Shown: positions 1-12,163 of the stretch, piece after piece
Layout: the number at the start of each line of letters is the position of its first letter
How positions within the stretch are numbered: position 1 is the stretch's first letter
DNA from: Octopus bimaculoides
Taxonomy: Eukaryota
Assembly (NCBI RefSeq): GCF_001194135.2
Contig: NC_068981.1
Location: 93,712,550 to 93,776,549, forward strand
Length of the DNA stretch: 64,000 bases
Reading direction: 5' to 3'
The notes under the pieces: model-generated
Seen by the model: the letters and a program-made list of their open reading frames with translations, nothing else
Database searches by the model: none
What the model was told of the DNA's origin: nothing
Position numbers and translations under genes: made by a program

Positions 1-172
1 TATTATGTCTTCAGTTGAATTGTTCGCTCTGTTATACTAACGAACCAAATGTCAAAAGCTAAAAACTAAAAACGAAATGCATCAAATGTCAAAGGAAAAA
101 GAACAAATAACGAAAAACGAAAATTATCTTTATGTAGAGATATATCTAATCATGGATATCATTGGCAAGGTG

Positions 173-205
<33 letters not shown>

Positions 206-741
206 TGTGCGTGAGTGCATGTGTATAAGCGTGTGTGTTATGCGTACATATGTTTGAGTGTGTTTTTGTTTTTGTGATTTTTTTTAGTATTGCGAATTGT
301 CTGTAGCTCTGATGTTATTTGCGTTGAATTCTTGTGCTCGTGTATATCTGTCTCTTTCTGTATGTATGTGTGTGTCTGTGTGTGTCTGTGTGTCTGTGTG
401 TCTGTGTACATGTGAGTGTGTGCGCGTGGGTGTGCGTATGAGCGTGCGTGAGTAGCTTTCTCTTTTTTTTTTAATTATCTAAATTTTACAAAGAAGGAGC
501 GCTGCTTTCTGATAAAGGCGCAAATCTCCACCGCCGGTATGTAGCTAACAGCAACGGTGAAAAGTTACATGCTGGATTTCAGAGGAGTTTTTCTTCTCTT
601 CTTTACTGATACGTTTACAGAATGCATTTGCTAAATACATCTTAGCTGGTTACTTTCTTTACTCGAAAATCCTAACTTTTCAAGGTTATTACTAAGGTAT
701 TTAGTAGCATAATCATATACATGCATTCATACATACGTACA

Positions 742-772
<31 letters not shown>

Positions 773-892
773 GTGTGAGTGTCTGTGCGTGTGCATGTGT
801 GTGTTTGTGTGTGTGTGTGTGTGTATGTGCGTCTGTGTGTGTAGTGCATGTATGCATTCGTGTGTGTGTGTGTGTGTATATGCGCGTGCATA

Positions 893-1302
893 GGCGCTGG
901 TGTGACAGTGTGGTAAGAAGTTTGCTTCCCAACTACATGGTTCCGGGTTTCAGTCCCATTGCGTGACACCTCAGGCAAGTGTCAACTATAGCCTCGTCCC
1001 GATCAAAGCATTGTGGGGGGATTTTGTAGACGGAAACTGAAAGAAGCTCGTCGTATATATATATATTTGTGTGTGTGTGTGTGTGTGTATGTGTGTGTGT
1101 GTGTGTGTGCTTGTTTGTTTGCCACCACTACCTGAAAACCGGTGTTCATGTGTTTCCCTCCACATAACTTAACAGTTCAGCAAACGAGACGGACAAAATT
1201 AGTACCAAGCTTAAGAATAAAAATAATTACTGCGGTCAATTCGTTCGACGACAATACGTTAGGTTGGTACCCCAGCGTAGCCGTAGTCTAATGACTGAAA
1301 CA
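893..1302 (+). mobile_element. tRNA-derived SINE (family A) followed by internal (AT)n/(GT)n tract and a conserved 3' module (module B)
   Basis: A-box-like TGTGGTAAGAAG, B-box-like GGTTTCAGTCCC, CORE-like CACCTCAGGCAAGTGTC, end GACGGAAACTGAAAGAAGCTCGTCGTA. The body recurs at 27275-27420 (-) and 63825-63980 (+); module B (1122-1302) recurs at 3663-3850 and 26262-26425. Confidence 0.8.
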
Positions 1303-1648
1303 TCTATATATATATNNNNNNNNNNNNNNNNNNNNNNNNNNNNNNNNNNNNNNNNNNNNNNNNNNNNNNNNNNNNNNNNNNNNNNNNNNNNNNNNNNNNN
1401 NNNNNATATGCTTAAAATAATATAGGGTAGCAAAATTTTAGAAATTTTTCTACCAGTGGCCTAGCATGTATAAGAAGTCAATAGACAACATATTTTCCAT
1501 ATAAAATTAGTGTACATTTAAACACAAAAAAAGGTGACCTTTTACAGACTGCCTTGCATACTAGAAGGAGCACTCAAAACATCCAAAACCACACTTAAGA
1601 GCATTTCGAAGAGAATGAAAAATTAAAACTTTTACCATTTTTTTTTTG

Positions 1649-1867
1649 CAGCCAGACCTTGGTTTCGAACTTCAATTTTTGTAATTTCTGAAGTTAGTCG
1701 ACATTTTTTATATGCTGTCGACTGAAACTGCGCTTGCGCGGTGGATTTGAAAAATTATAATATATAATGATGAGACACGTGTTATTCTGTCGCTAAATTA
1801 TTGATGAGAACTACGCCTAGCAAATTATTTTATTTGCTAATTAAAGTTCGAAACCTAGATCTGGCTG
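1649..1867. mobile_element. MITE-like element or internal inverted repeat of a non-autonomous DNA transposon
   Basis: 29-bp inverted repeats CAGCCAGACCTTGGTTTCGAACTTCAATT (1649-1677) and AATTAAAGTTCGAAACCTAGATCTGGCTG (1839-1867), 3 mismatches; no coding capacity. Confidence 0.5.
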
Positions 1868-1930
1868 AAAAATATGGGAAAAGTTTTTATGCAGTGTTGA
1901 GCACTCATTCTCATTGTTCGACATTTACGC

Positions 1931-1931
<1 letters not shown>

Positions 1932-1996
<65 letters not shown>
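1932..1996. repeat. (GATA)n microsatellite
   Basis: Direct reading; similar tracts at 30915-30958, 35535-35617 and 52681-52743. Confidence 0.95.
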
Positions 1997-2417
1997 GCGT
2001 GAGAATGTCTTGTCATGAGCGGTAAGTACCTCCTAGTGGAAAGTGTCAGGCTGAACATGTCCAGAGGATGGGCCCGAACCGGTAGTCGGAAATTTGGATG
2101 ACTGCAAAAAAGTACAGTTGAATGAGTTGGTTATATTTTACAAAAAATGGAGTTCGCGTTTCCAAAACTTTTACATAGCAAAGGTAGAATGAAAGCCGGA
2201 AAGCCAGCTTCATTGAAACAGTGTAGTAAGTACAAAAGGAAAACAACCAACGAATTGAATTCTTTTGCATTAGTAGCTGATGTAATTTGGCATTAAAAAC
2301 TAATGTTCTTTCATGCGGTCAAATATGACTATATAGAAATGTAGGAATTCATCAACTTCAAACGATTAAATCAACTCTATTAAACCTATTCAAGATACTT
2401 TTTCTCATTCGCAAAAT

Positions 2418-2481
<64 letters not shown>

Positions 2482-3471
2482 NNNNNNNNNNNNNNNNNNN
2501 NNNNNNNNNNNNNNNNNNNNNNNNNNNNNNNNNNNNNNNNNNNNNNNNNNNNNNNNNNNNNNNNNNNNNNNNNNNNNNNNNNNNNNNNNNNNNNNNNNNN
2601 NNNNNNNNNNNNNNNNNNNNNNNNNNNNNNNNNNNNNNNNNNNNNNNNNNNNNNNNNNNNNNNNNNNNNNNNNNNNNNNNNNNNNNNNNNNNNNNNNNNN
2701 NNNNNNNNNNNNNNNNNNNNNNNNNNNNNNNNNNNNNNNNNNNNNNNNNNNNNNNNNNNNNNNNNNNNNNNNNNNNNNNNNNNNNNNNNNNNNNNNNNNN
2801 NNNNNNNNNNNNNNNNNNNNNNNNNNNNNNNNNNNNNNNNNNNNNNNNNNNNNNNNNNNNNNNNNNNNNNNNNNNNNNNNNNNNNNNNNNNNNNNNNNNN
2901 NNNNNNNNNNNNNNNNNNNNNNNNNNNNNNNNNNNNNNNNNNNNNNNNNNNNNNNNNNNNNNNNNNNNNNNNNNNNNNNNNNNNNNNNNNNNNNNNNNNN
3001 NNNNNNNNNNNNNNNNNNNNNNNNNNNNNNNNNNNNNNNNNNNNNNNNNNNNNNNNNNNNNNNNNNNNNNNNNNNNNNNNNNNNNNNNNNNNNNNNNNNN
3101 NNNNNNNNNNNNNNNNNNNNNNNNNNNNNNNNNNNNNNNNNNNNNNNNNNNNNNNNNNNNNNNNNNNNNNNNNNNNNNNNNNNNNNNNNNNNNNNNNNNN
3201 NNNNNNNNNNNNNNNNNNNNNNNNNNNNNNNNNNNNNNNNNNNNNNNNNNNNNNNNNNNNNNNNNNNNNNNNNNNNNNNNNNNNNNNNNNNNNNNNNNNN
3301 NNATATATATATATATATATATAGTTGAAAAGGGCTTAAGAGTGCATACAAATATGGTTGAAAAAATAAATTGAAAGCACAAACAATAATAAAAGGCACA
3401 AAAGTATATTTTAGAGAATGTTTAATATTTTTGTTACAGTAGGAGATTTAAAATATAACCGGATTCGATGT

Positions 3472-3661
3472 ATCCATCTTATCAAATATTAAAAAGAATT
3501 TTTTAGGAAGCGAAAGAGAAAAAAATTGGGTGGTTAACAGTTTGTACCCATCTTTTAGTGCGTAATGTACTATGGGTACAAACAGTTAACTCCGCCCCAA
3601 TTTTTTTTCTCCTTCGCTCCCTAAAAAACTCTTTTTAATATCATCCATCTTATCAAATATT
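3472..3661. repeat. Fold-back (long inverted repeat) flanked by a 19-bp direct repeat
   Basis: Arms 3486-3550 and 3573-3641 are reverse complements with few mismatches, 22-nt spacer. ATCCATCTTATCAAATATT occurs at 3472-3490 and 3643-3661. Confidence 0.85.
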
Positions 3662-3662
3662 C

Positions 3663-3850
3663 AAAACCGGTGTTGGTGTGTTTACGTCGCCGTCACTTAA
3701 CGGTTCAGCAAAAGAAACCGATACAATAAGTACCAGGTTTAAGAAAAAATAAGCCCTGGGGTCGATTTGTTCCACTAAAACCTTTCGAGGCGGTGCTTCA
3801 GTTTGGTCGCAATCTAATGACTGATACAAGTAAAAGAATAAAAGAATAAA
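3663..3850 (+). mobile_element. SINE 3' module B (isolated copy)
   Basis: AACCGGTGTTGGTGTGTTTACGTC...ATAAGTACCAGG...CTAATGACTGATACAAGTAAAAGAATAAAAG, similar to 1122-1302. Confidence 0.75.
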
Positions 3851-4327
3851 CTGTCATTCTTGGTACGCCTGGAACTTCTATCTTAATTTAACCGGTTCAT
3901 TGTATTCCTTCAATCTATAATGAGGAATGGATAATAGCCATTCCTATAATTGGGTTTGAAAGATTGAAACCGTCCAGCTGACTTATCTTATATATGTAAG
4001 GACAAATTCTTCAACTGATGCACTCATGACACAAGTCAAAAGTTTCTGGAATCTATGTAAATACATTGTTTTTATATTTATTCTTTATTCTTTTTACTCT
4101 AATGTATTTTGGTTAGAAATTTATTTTATACTGTAAAGCAAGCATAACATGAAAGAAATTTCAGTTAATTTCCAGCTACTTTATAAGTACTACTATAGCT
4201 CTCATTATTTACGCTGGATTTTTTTTACCTTTTAAGTTTTGGAATTCGTTAACATTCAACGAGTTTTGTGATTAGAGTTGGTTCTGAAAGAAGCTATCAA
4301 CTGAAATTCAATTGTGCAGCAAACAGA

Positions 4328-4344
4328 ATGGCGACATTTGCACG
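4328..4344 (+). CDS. Candidate first coding exon (MATFA-R) of an unidentified host gene
   Basis: AAACAGA-ATGGCGACATTTGCACG followed by donor GTAATA; ends in phase 2, matching the only open frame of the candidate exon at 14510. No homology recognised. Confidence 0.3.
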
Positions 4345-4477
4345 GTAATATATTTTCCTTTCCCTTACGTAAGAAACACAGACAAGAATTTAATCTAAAC
4401 ATTTCTCACTAAGAAATGTTCTGACTCCAACTAATTTATTGGTGTGTTATTTACTTTTATTTGTTATTGCTTTTCAG

Positions 4478-4506
4478 ATGATGACGACAATGCTGAAGTC
4501 TTATAG
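4478..4506 (+). CDS. Candidate 29-nt exon (MMTTMLKSY-R)
   Basis: Pyrimidine-rich acceptor TTTGTTATTGCTTTTCAG and donor GTAAAC; ATG frame ends in phase 2. Confidence 0.3.
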
Positions 4507-5011
4507 GTAAACAAATATTTTTTTCTGTACTCATGAAGCTGAACATTTTGGGGCGGGGCAGAATCGTTAGAAGATGTAACGCCCATGTCATTGATATATC
4601 TGACCAATTGTAGTTTAATTGGAGTAAAGACTAGTATCTGTAATAATAAACAGATCTATTACAAAGAATCCATTATTTAAATGCTACATATCTTATCGAA
4701 ACCGATTGGTTGAAAACTTGATCCTGATCAAATCTTAACTTAAACCCAGAAGACAAAAGATTAAATCGTACATACTTCTACTGGCGTGCCAATGATACTG
4801 CTAAGGAACCCTTTTTGTGTCCTTTACATTTCTTCTCTTTTTTTAATTTGTAATAAAACAATAAGATGAAAATTGAATTTCTTTCAGAGATCTAATTTAC
4901 TGTTCTGATACTTAATTATAGATTTTGTATGGTTAAGTGGATTAGTATCAAATTCCACCTCTGATAAGGCAGACTTCTAGAGAGATATATACCAGAAGAT
5001 CTATTTCTTTC

Positions 5012-5149
5012 TGTTATATCGAACGTTCGGATGACCTCTCTATTCTTTATTCGGCACTTACAGCCACAACAGAGCGACGTCTGGACTTCTCCCTTTATAT
5101 CTACGTATTGGGCTAGCCTACTTCATCGTCTGGAGGCCTCGACACTACA
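5012..5149 (-). mobile_element. Short solo LTR (138 bp)
   Basis: On the minus strand TGTAGTGTCG...CGATATAACA (TG..CA), internal TATAAA and AATAAA; perfect 5-bp TSD CTTTC at 5007-5011 and 5150-5154. Confidence 0.8.
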
Positions 5150-6617
5150 CTTTCCAACGTCGCAAGGAAAAGAGAACGTAGATTGACTTGTTCTTTACAG
5201 AAAGAGATAAAACACAAGAAGTTATATAAATTTCTAATCTATAGGCGATGCTCCGGTACTTTATCCTATTCGTCATTTTGCCTCAAAGTTTAGATGCTTT
5301 ACGCAAGATATTTGTTGCAGTAACGGCTACAGAATTATTTTTCAATGACACGGATAGTGTTGATATTCTAAAACATAATTGTTATGTGCATGACAAGAAA
5401 TTGAGTACATCTCAATTTATATCAAATTTTCGTTTACACTAAATGAATAAATAATCATGTTTCGCATTTACGCAATGCCACACATAATATAATGTAGAGA
5501 ATCAAGTTGGTTCAAGTAATTGCAATGCATTCTTGTTCCTTATCAACTTGTGGGAATACGTGGAAAGTATAACAAAAGTAAAAGTTTCGAGTATTTATTC
5601 TGCCGCCCTAAGCATTCCACTACAATACTTTAAGCAGAAAATCTGATAAAAACTAAGTTGGCTTAGCTGTTGATGTTTTGAATGATATATTATTCTTTGA
5701 AAGCACAACAACAATGATAGTGAATATTTTATGATAATAAAGAATGTAAAAGCAAATCTGAATGTTTGATGTGCGTAGGTGGTTTCGAAATATGTATTTG
5801 TAGTTCAAATTTCGAAACCACCTACACACATCAAAAAATCAGATTTGCTTTTACATTCTTTATTATTATCATAAAATATTCACTATCATTATGGCTGTGT
5901 TTTCGAAGAATAATATACCATTCAATACATCAACAGCTAAGCCAACTTAGTTTTTATACATCACTTAATCTTGACATTTTAAAAATTCAAGTTTGCATTG
6001 ATTTAGAAATGATTCATACATATATTAATGTGTCTGTGTATATGTGTTTCTACGCTTATTCATTTAAAAGTGACCTGTCTATTATTCAACAATATTTGCA
6101 TTATTATCGCATCATTAAGCTAACAATAAACTTTAAATTTGTGATAAATAACAACCTGCAGTTTACTGGACGGATTATTATATTTTCGTTTTAGAAATAT
6201 TTGCATATCTAAGCGCAGATCTTTCCAACAATTGTCCTTAAAAATAAACACTATCGAATTTTAAAATTCATATTTATAGAATTTAAGAAAATCCACTCAA
6301 TCTTATTGGATTTTTAAGAGTATCATAAGTAATCTTTCATGACAGGAACATTCTAACATTCAGCTAAATTTTCTACATTGTTTAGTGTGTGAGTATATTA
6401 ATTTTAGAAATAGAAGCTACTTTCGTGACCCTTTTAACTTATTTCTGAAAATCAATAATGAAATTTTTATTGGTGAAGTTTCAACTATTTTCATATTTAA
6501 TATACGTATTACTACCTTTAGGTAAATCTTATGAAATCGTTCTTTTTTATTCTTTATTATAAACCACCTCTCAACAGCACGATTGAGTTTAACTTGATCT
6601 TATTTTAGGTATGACAT

Positions 6618-6780
6618 TGTTGTGTCGACGTCCCCAAGCGAAGAAGTAGGATCGCCCAAGACATATAAATAAAAGTAGTCTGGCCGTGGTAGGGGTCGAG
6701 TGACTGTTGAGTAGCCGTCGTGTAGCGGTTGAGTAGAGATCATCCGAAGGTGCTAGATACCAGTAGCTTGAAACATAATA
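6618..6780 (+). mobile_element. Short solo LTR (163 bp)
   Basis: Starts TGTTGTGTCGACG, ends AAACATAATA, TATAAATA inside; perfect 5-bp TSD GACAT (6613-6617, 6781-6785); highly similar copy at 33400-33563. Confidence 0.8.
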
Positions 6781-7419
6781 GACATAAAAGTAAATCCTTA
6801 TTACATTTTAACCAGAAAAAGATTAAAATACCCATTAAGCATATAAATTATCTACAAGTAATGAGAGTGATGAAGCTGATACTTAGTCTCAACTTTAATA
6901 AACCATCATCTAAAGAATAATGTGGTAATGTAGCGGATTTCAGATCTCATCTCCGAGAAGGAATAATTTTGTAAGTCCTTAGTACAAAATATACGATTCA
7001 TACAGTACAAAATATGCGATACATTTACGTTCCATAAGACTGTATGCTATGAAATATACAATTTATGTAAATAGCTATCAATTAATCAATGCAGATAAAC
7101 AAATAAATATTTATCGCAATTAATTCCTTGGCCATTCATGATCATATGCATACATTAATGCAAATTCAGGTAGTTTGGATTTCAGATTAATAAAAATGGT
7201 ATCTGCGATATTTCCAACTTTTCCAAGTAATTAATGCTGTGAGTGGATTATAAGAGCAGAAGTGGTAATAAAAGCCTAATGTAACAGTCAGTTCACTTTG
7301 TACTTACTAAACTATGGCGCTTAACACTATATCGATATTGAATAATAAAGCACATTTTAGAAGAATGGTTAGTATGCAACAGTGGCCCTTTCTACACATA
7401 CGCATTCAGTTTGATACAA

Positions 7420-7720
7420 TAGCTTAGTGGTTAAGATACTCGGCTCACGATTGTACGATCGTAAGTTCAATTCTCAGCAGTGCGTTGTGTCCTTCAGCAA
7501 GACACCTTATTTCACATTTCTCCAGTCCACTCAGCTGACAAAAATGAGATGTACCTGTGATTCAAAGGGCCAGCCTTTTCATATTGTGTCACTATGAATC
7601 TCCCGGAGAACTACGTTAAGGGTACGCGTGCCTGCGAAGTGTCCAGTCACTTGCGCGTTAATTTCACAAACCATTGATCAGATCAACTGGAACCCACATC
7701 GTCGTAACCGACGGAAAGCC
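7420..7720 (+). mobile_element. tRNA-derived CORE-like SINE (family C, tail type 1)
   Basis: TAGCTTAGTGGTTAAG A-box, AAGTTCAATTC B-box, GTTGTGTCCTTCAGCAAGACAC core; tail shared with 38935-39246 and 20410-20645. Confidence 0.8.
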
Positions 7721-7753
7721 AATGAGTAAACGTCTTCTAAGATTGTTTCAAAG

Positions 7754-7892
7754 TGTTTTGTCGACGCCCCCAGACGATGAAGTAGGCTAGCCCAATACGT
7801 AGTTAAGTAGAGGTCATCTGAACGTGCGATATAACAGTGGCGACAAGGATTTCGTAGCTCACACAGCCACTGTGTAGTATTGCGATATAACA
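7754..7892 (+). mobile_element. Miniature deleted LTR element: short LTR + PBS + terminal piece of a second LTR
   Basis: LTR 7754-7836 related to 5012-5149; TGGCGACAAGGAT at 7838-7850 (PBS-like); TGCGATATAACA repeated at 7881-7892; 5-bp TSD CAAAG (7749-7753, 7893-7897). Confidence 0.7.
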
Positions 7893-9773
7893 CAAAGCAC
7901 CGTAATTCTGTATCTTTCACATTTAAAGATCTTGCATTTGGTGATTATAATGAGAATATTTTCTTAAGCTCTGCATCAATTACTGTGTATACGAGTAAAA
8001 GTCTATAACGACTAACTAGAATTGTATCACTCTGAGACATTTACAAAAGGGAAATTCATTAGGAAATGTTAACAACGTAATGACCATATTTTCATATAAA
8101 ATATATCCTTTATTATAAACTTTATTCATGAGACAAAACTTATGGATAAGTTTTAAAAGGTTTGTGTAAAATGCAGCAGGCTGTAAGTGAAAGGTCAATA
8201 GCTAGAAGCATTGTCTTCATTAAATGCATTTCTGCAACACATCGCTTAGATATAATGTATTAAGAACTGACAACTAAAAGCTGAAAAGAAATGAAAATGG
8301 TAAAACAAATTTCTAAGTAGAAAATGGTTTTGCAGATCAAGAAGGAAGAAAACCATATAATTTATTCTTTTTTCTTTTTATTTTTTTACTTTGCCATGAT
8401 ATTTGGAGATTGGCAATATTGAAACATGTTAGTGATGGCTCTTTAATGTCATCAAGTCTAAAACAGAAACTACATTTTCGTCTATACTATGGAAAATATA
8501 TGTGTGTTTATGTTAGAAAAGCGAGATGACTGAAGTAACCTTTGAAGAAATCTAGTGAAGACTCGGTTTAAATCGAATACTAGTGTTTTCCTGTTACAGG
8601 ATGTAAATTTTGTCCTCTGCAATAAACCTGACGACATGTGACTCAGATTTAATTGAATGCAATATCCATATATATTTTTTGTCTGTAGCAAAGAAAATGG
8701 TGGTTGTCTGTTATAACCATTTATTGTTTGCTTAGCACAGAAGTGTGTGGTAATAATTTGGCTGGATGAATTAAATGTCAAACCTATTTTCTCTACAGAA
8801 CTAAAATCTTCTATAATATTTTTAGAAATGTTTTGACCACTATCTACTTAATCAGAATATGAAATTTTGCAGTAGTTAACTGTCAAGATTTCCAGCTCTA
8901 ATTTTTTTTTTTTTTTTATCTTCACGCTATATGCTAACTTTTATTTTCATTACTGGAACTAAAGAATAAATGAAATATGAGATAGCACTTTAGTTTACTT
9001 TATGATATTGTTAGAGGAGGAGATCGAACAGACATCTAGTTGTATGTCCCAAAGTAAAAGATTCATATCAGTTCATATTATTCTTTTACAATGTTAGTAG
9101 CTCGTAAAATTGTCGCTTTTAATATACCAGTTGCTCATAAAATCTGTTTGTCTTAACCGGTAAGGAAGTGATGCATGCTTCGATTCCACTCAGATTATTA
9201 TTGTTGTTGTTGTTGTCTCAACTTGTTCCCTCTTTAACTCTTTTACTGGCTTCCTGCCGTTGGCTGTGAGCGTACTAGTCACTGACATTTACAAAGATAT
9301 AATGTTTAATATTGCTTATATTGATCTCTGACTTGGCGCAAGATTACAAATGTTGCATTAGAGGTATAGTCGATTAAATCAACATCAGCACTTTGCTAGT
9401 GCTTATTTAATCGACCCCAAAAGAATGAAAGGAAAAGTCAATCCCAGCGAGATTTCAACATCGACCAAGAGCTGTAACTAAACAATAAAAGCAATTTAGT
9501 CTGGCGCATTCTCCATTCTGTTATCCGCCGCGCTGTAATTGTTTACATTAAAAATCGTTGTAATCTATTTATAATGTAATCATATATTTGGAGTTGAATT
9601 CTTTAATTCTAATCTATACATTAGGAACGGATGTGTTCTTACGTTCCTTTACGATTTCAAATGCCGGTTATCAAAACTATATATGTATTTTATATATTGA
9701 TTAAGGTTAAAGTATAACAATTAAATTATATATGCATAGATACATATATGTATGTATATGTGTACGTATGAGC

Positions 9774-9811
<38 letters not shown>

Positions 9812-9947
9812 NNNNNNNNNNNNNNNNNNNNNNNNNNNNNNNNNNNNNNNNNNNNNNNNNNNNNNNNNNNNNNNNNNNNNNNNNNNNNNNNNNNNNNNNN
9901 NNNNNNNNNNNNNNNNNNNNNNNNNNNNNNNNNNNNNNNNNNNNNNN

Positions 9948-10022
<75 letters not shown>

Positions 10023-10127
10023 ATATATATACATACATATACGCACACACGCACTCAAAAACAAGTATATAAATAATTATTATGGTTGTTATTATTATTG
10101 TTGTTGTCGTTGTTGCTGCTGTTGTTA

Positions 10128-10164
<37 letters not shown>

Positions 10165-10178
10165 CATTATTATTATTA

Positions 10179-10237
<59 letters not shown>

Positions 10238-10403
10238 GGGGCGGTGACCTGGCAGAGTCATTTGAGTTCAAATTCCGCCTTGGTCGACTTTGCCTTTCAT
10301 CCTTTCAGGGTAGATAAATTAAGTACCAGTTGAGTACTGAGGTCGACGTAATCGACTAGTCCCTTTCCACCAAATTTCAAGCCCTGGGCCTATAGTAGAA
10401 AGG

Positions 10404-10404
<1 letters not shown>
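10238..10404 (+). mobile_element. tRNA-derived SINE (family D), internally deleted, with (ATT)n tail
   Basis: GGCGGTGACCTGGCAGAGTC head joined to GAGTTCAAATTCCGCC...GTCGACTTTGCCTTTCATCC...AAGTACCAGTTGAGTACTG...AGTAGAAAGG; many other copies in the window. Confidence 0.8.
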
Positions 10405-10465
<61 letters not shown>

Positions 10466-11049
10466 GTTTGACTTTTGCTTTCTATTTGTACAAGCTGACT
10501 CCAGGTTTCACCCAGAGACCTCAAGAGATAACAAGTTAGAAGTTCAAGTTGGTGTTATGCCTAAGGTGTCATATATTTGGTTTTGCACATAGTATTGTTC
10601 TAGAGAATGTTTAAGTAAATATAAGATTATAAGTTTGTTTTGAAATTTGGGATTACATAGGCAGTATTTTACGTAGGATATGGGCAGTTCTCATGAGCAC
10701 TATCTTTTGAATTTCTGCCATTTTGCGGTTTCCTGGTATTTGCTATCATTCCTAGGGCACCTATGACAGCAGGTATTGTTTTAGTCTTGAGGTTCCACTT
10801 TTTGCCAATCTCTATTTCAAGATCGTAATACTTGCCCAGTTTTTGGTAGGTCTTGACAGATACATTTATGCCGATTGGAACAGTCATATCAATGAGGAGG
10901 CATGACTTTTGTTTGAAGGCTTTCAATATAACGTCTGGCCTATTCGCATCTATCTTTCTGTCAGTTTGAACGTTGAAGTTCCTGAAGTGTGAGATTTGAA
11001 GTGTGAGATTTGATCACTATCAAGCACTGGAGTTTTTTGTTCCCACCAG

Positions 11050-11052
<3 letters not shown>
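10466..11052 (-). mobile_element. 5'-truncated non-LTR retrotransposon with restriction-like endonuclease (R4/Dong-like)
   Basis: Minus strand reads ...QTDRKIDANRPDVILKAFKQKSCLLIDMTVPIGINVSVKTYQKLGKYYDLEIEIGKKWNLKTKTIPAVIGALG (PD..D..K RLE motif); 3' UTR, then (AAT)n tail; flanked on both sides by TAA repeats. Confidence 0.85.
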
Positions 11053-11133
<81 letters not shown>

Positions 11134-11419
11134 TATCAGTATTATTATTATTAATAATAATAATATTTAAAGCTGTTTGATTCGGCTTCATGCAACTTAA
11201 AGTTTCACGAATTCTAACAGAAAACCCTTCTCATTCGGACTTAGATTGTCGAAATCTTGGTAATGTAAGCCCATATAAAACGAGTTCCTACCAGAAGCCC
11301 GCGAAACTTCAAGTCACACGGAACCGGATCAAACTGATGTAAATAATAATACATGTAATTCCCCTAAATGTTGAGAGCCTTTTTTGTTTCTCCACACACA
11401 CGTATATGTGTAGGTAGTG

Positions 11420-11466
<47 letters not shown>

Positions 11467-11582
11467 CTGTATGTATGTAGAAATGAATGGATAGATAGAT
11501 TGATAGATGTAGGTTCATCCACACACACATATATATATACATATATACACATGTGTGTACATGTTTGCGTGTGTATATATGA

Positions 11583-11647
<65 letters not shown>

Positions 11648-12021
11648 TGTGTGTGTGTGTGTGTGGCAATGTGTGACTGTATATATGTACTTGTACGTGT
11701 ATGAATCTGAACATAGATTTCTAATCTGGGCACAAAGCCAGAAATTTTGCGTTGTACAACGAAATTGATTGAATCATTCCCAGTACTTATCCCGAACTTA
11801 TTTCCAACAGCCCTGCTGGATAGAAAAACAAGAACACTGAACTCCTACTTGATTTGATCTGACACTATAAAGTGACTTAATTAGATACAGCGCATAATTA
11901 TTTCCGGTGTTCAAACAATAGTTTTCTACGTATTCTGCCGTCTTACTCCCTTAAAGAAACGAGAAACTCAAATTAGCGACAAACCATTTTCGTTCTGAAT
12001 GATAAAATCTTACCCTCGCAC

Positions 12022-12097
<76 letters not shown>

Positions 12098-12163
12098 GCA
12101 CGGAAATATGATAAAGAAATATATATGAATACATACAAATATAATATGTATATATATATATAT

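Noticed and set aside
893-970. tRNA-like A/B boxes read as tRNA genes (all SINE heads)
   Set aside because: No complete cloverleaf; each continues into SINE core and tail sequence.
672-978. ORFs rich in HT, CV, YI, poly-N/I/L/V/D (here and throughout the window)
   Set aside because: They are translations of (CA)n, (AT)n, (ATT)n, (AGT)n and (GAT)n microsatellites.
2386-3399. Long ORFs of 250-410 aa (also 21.7, 30.7, 42.1 and 54.9 kb)
   Set aside because: They consist of X residues across assembly N-gaps.
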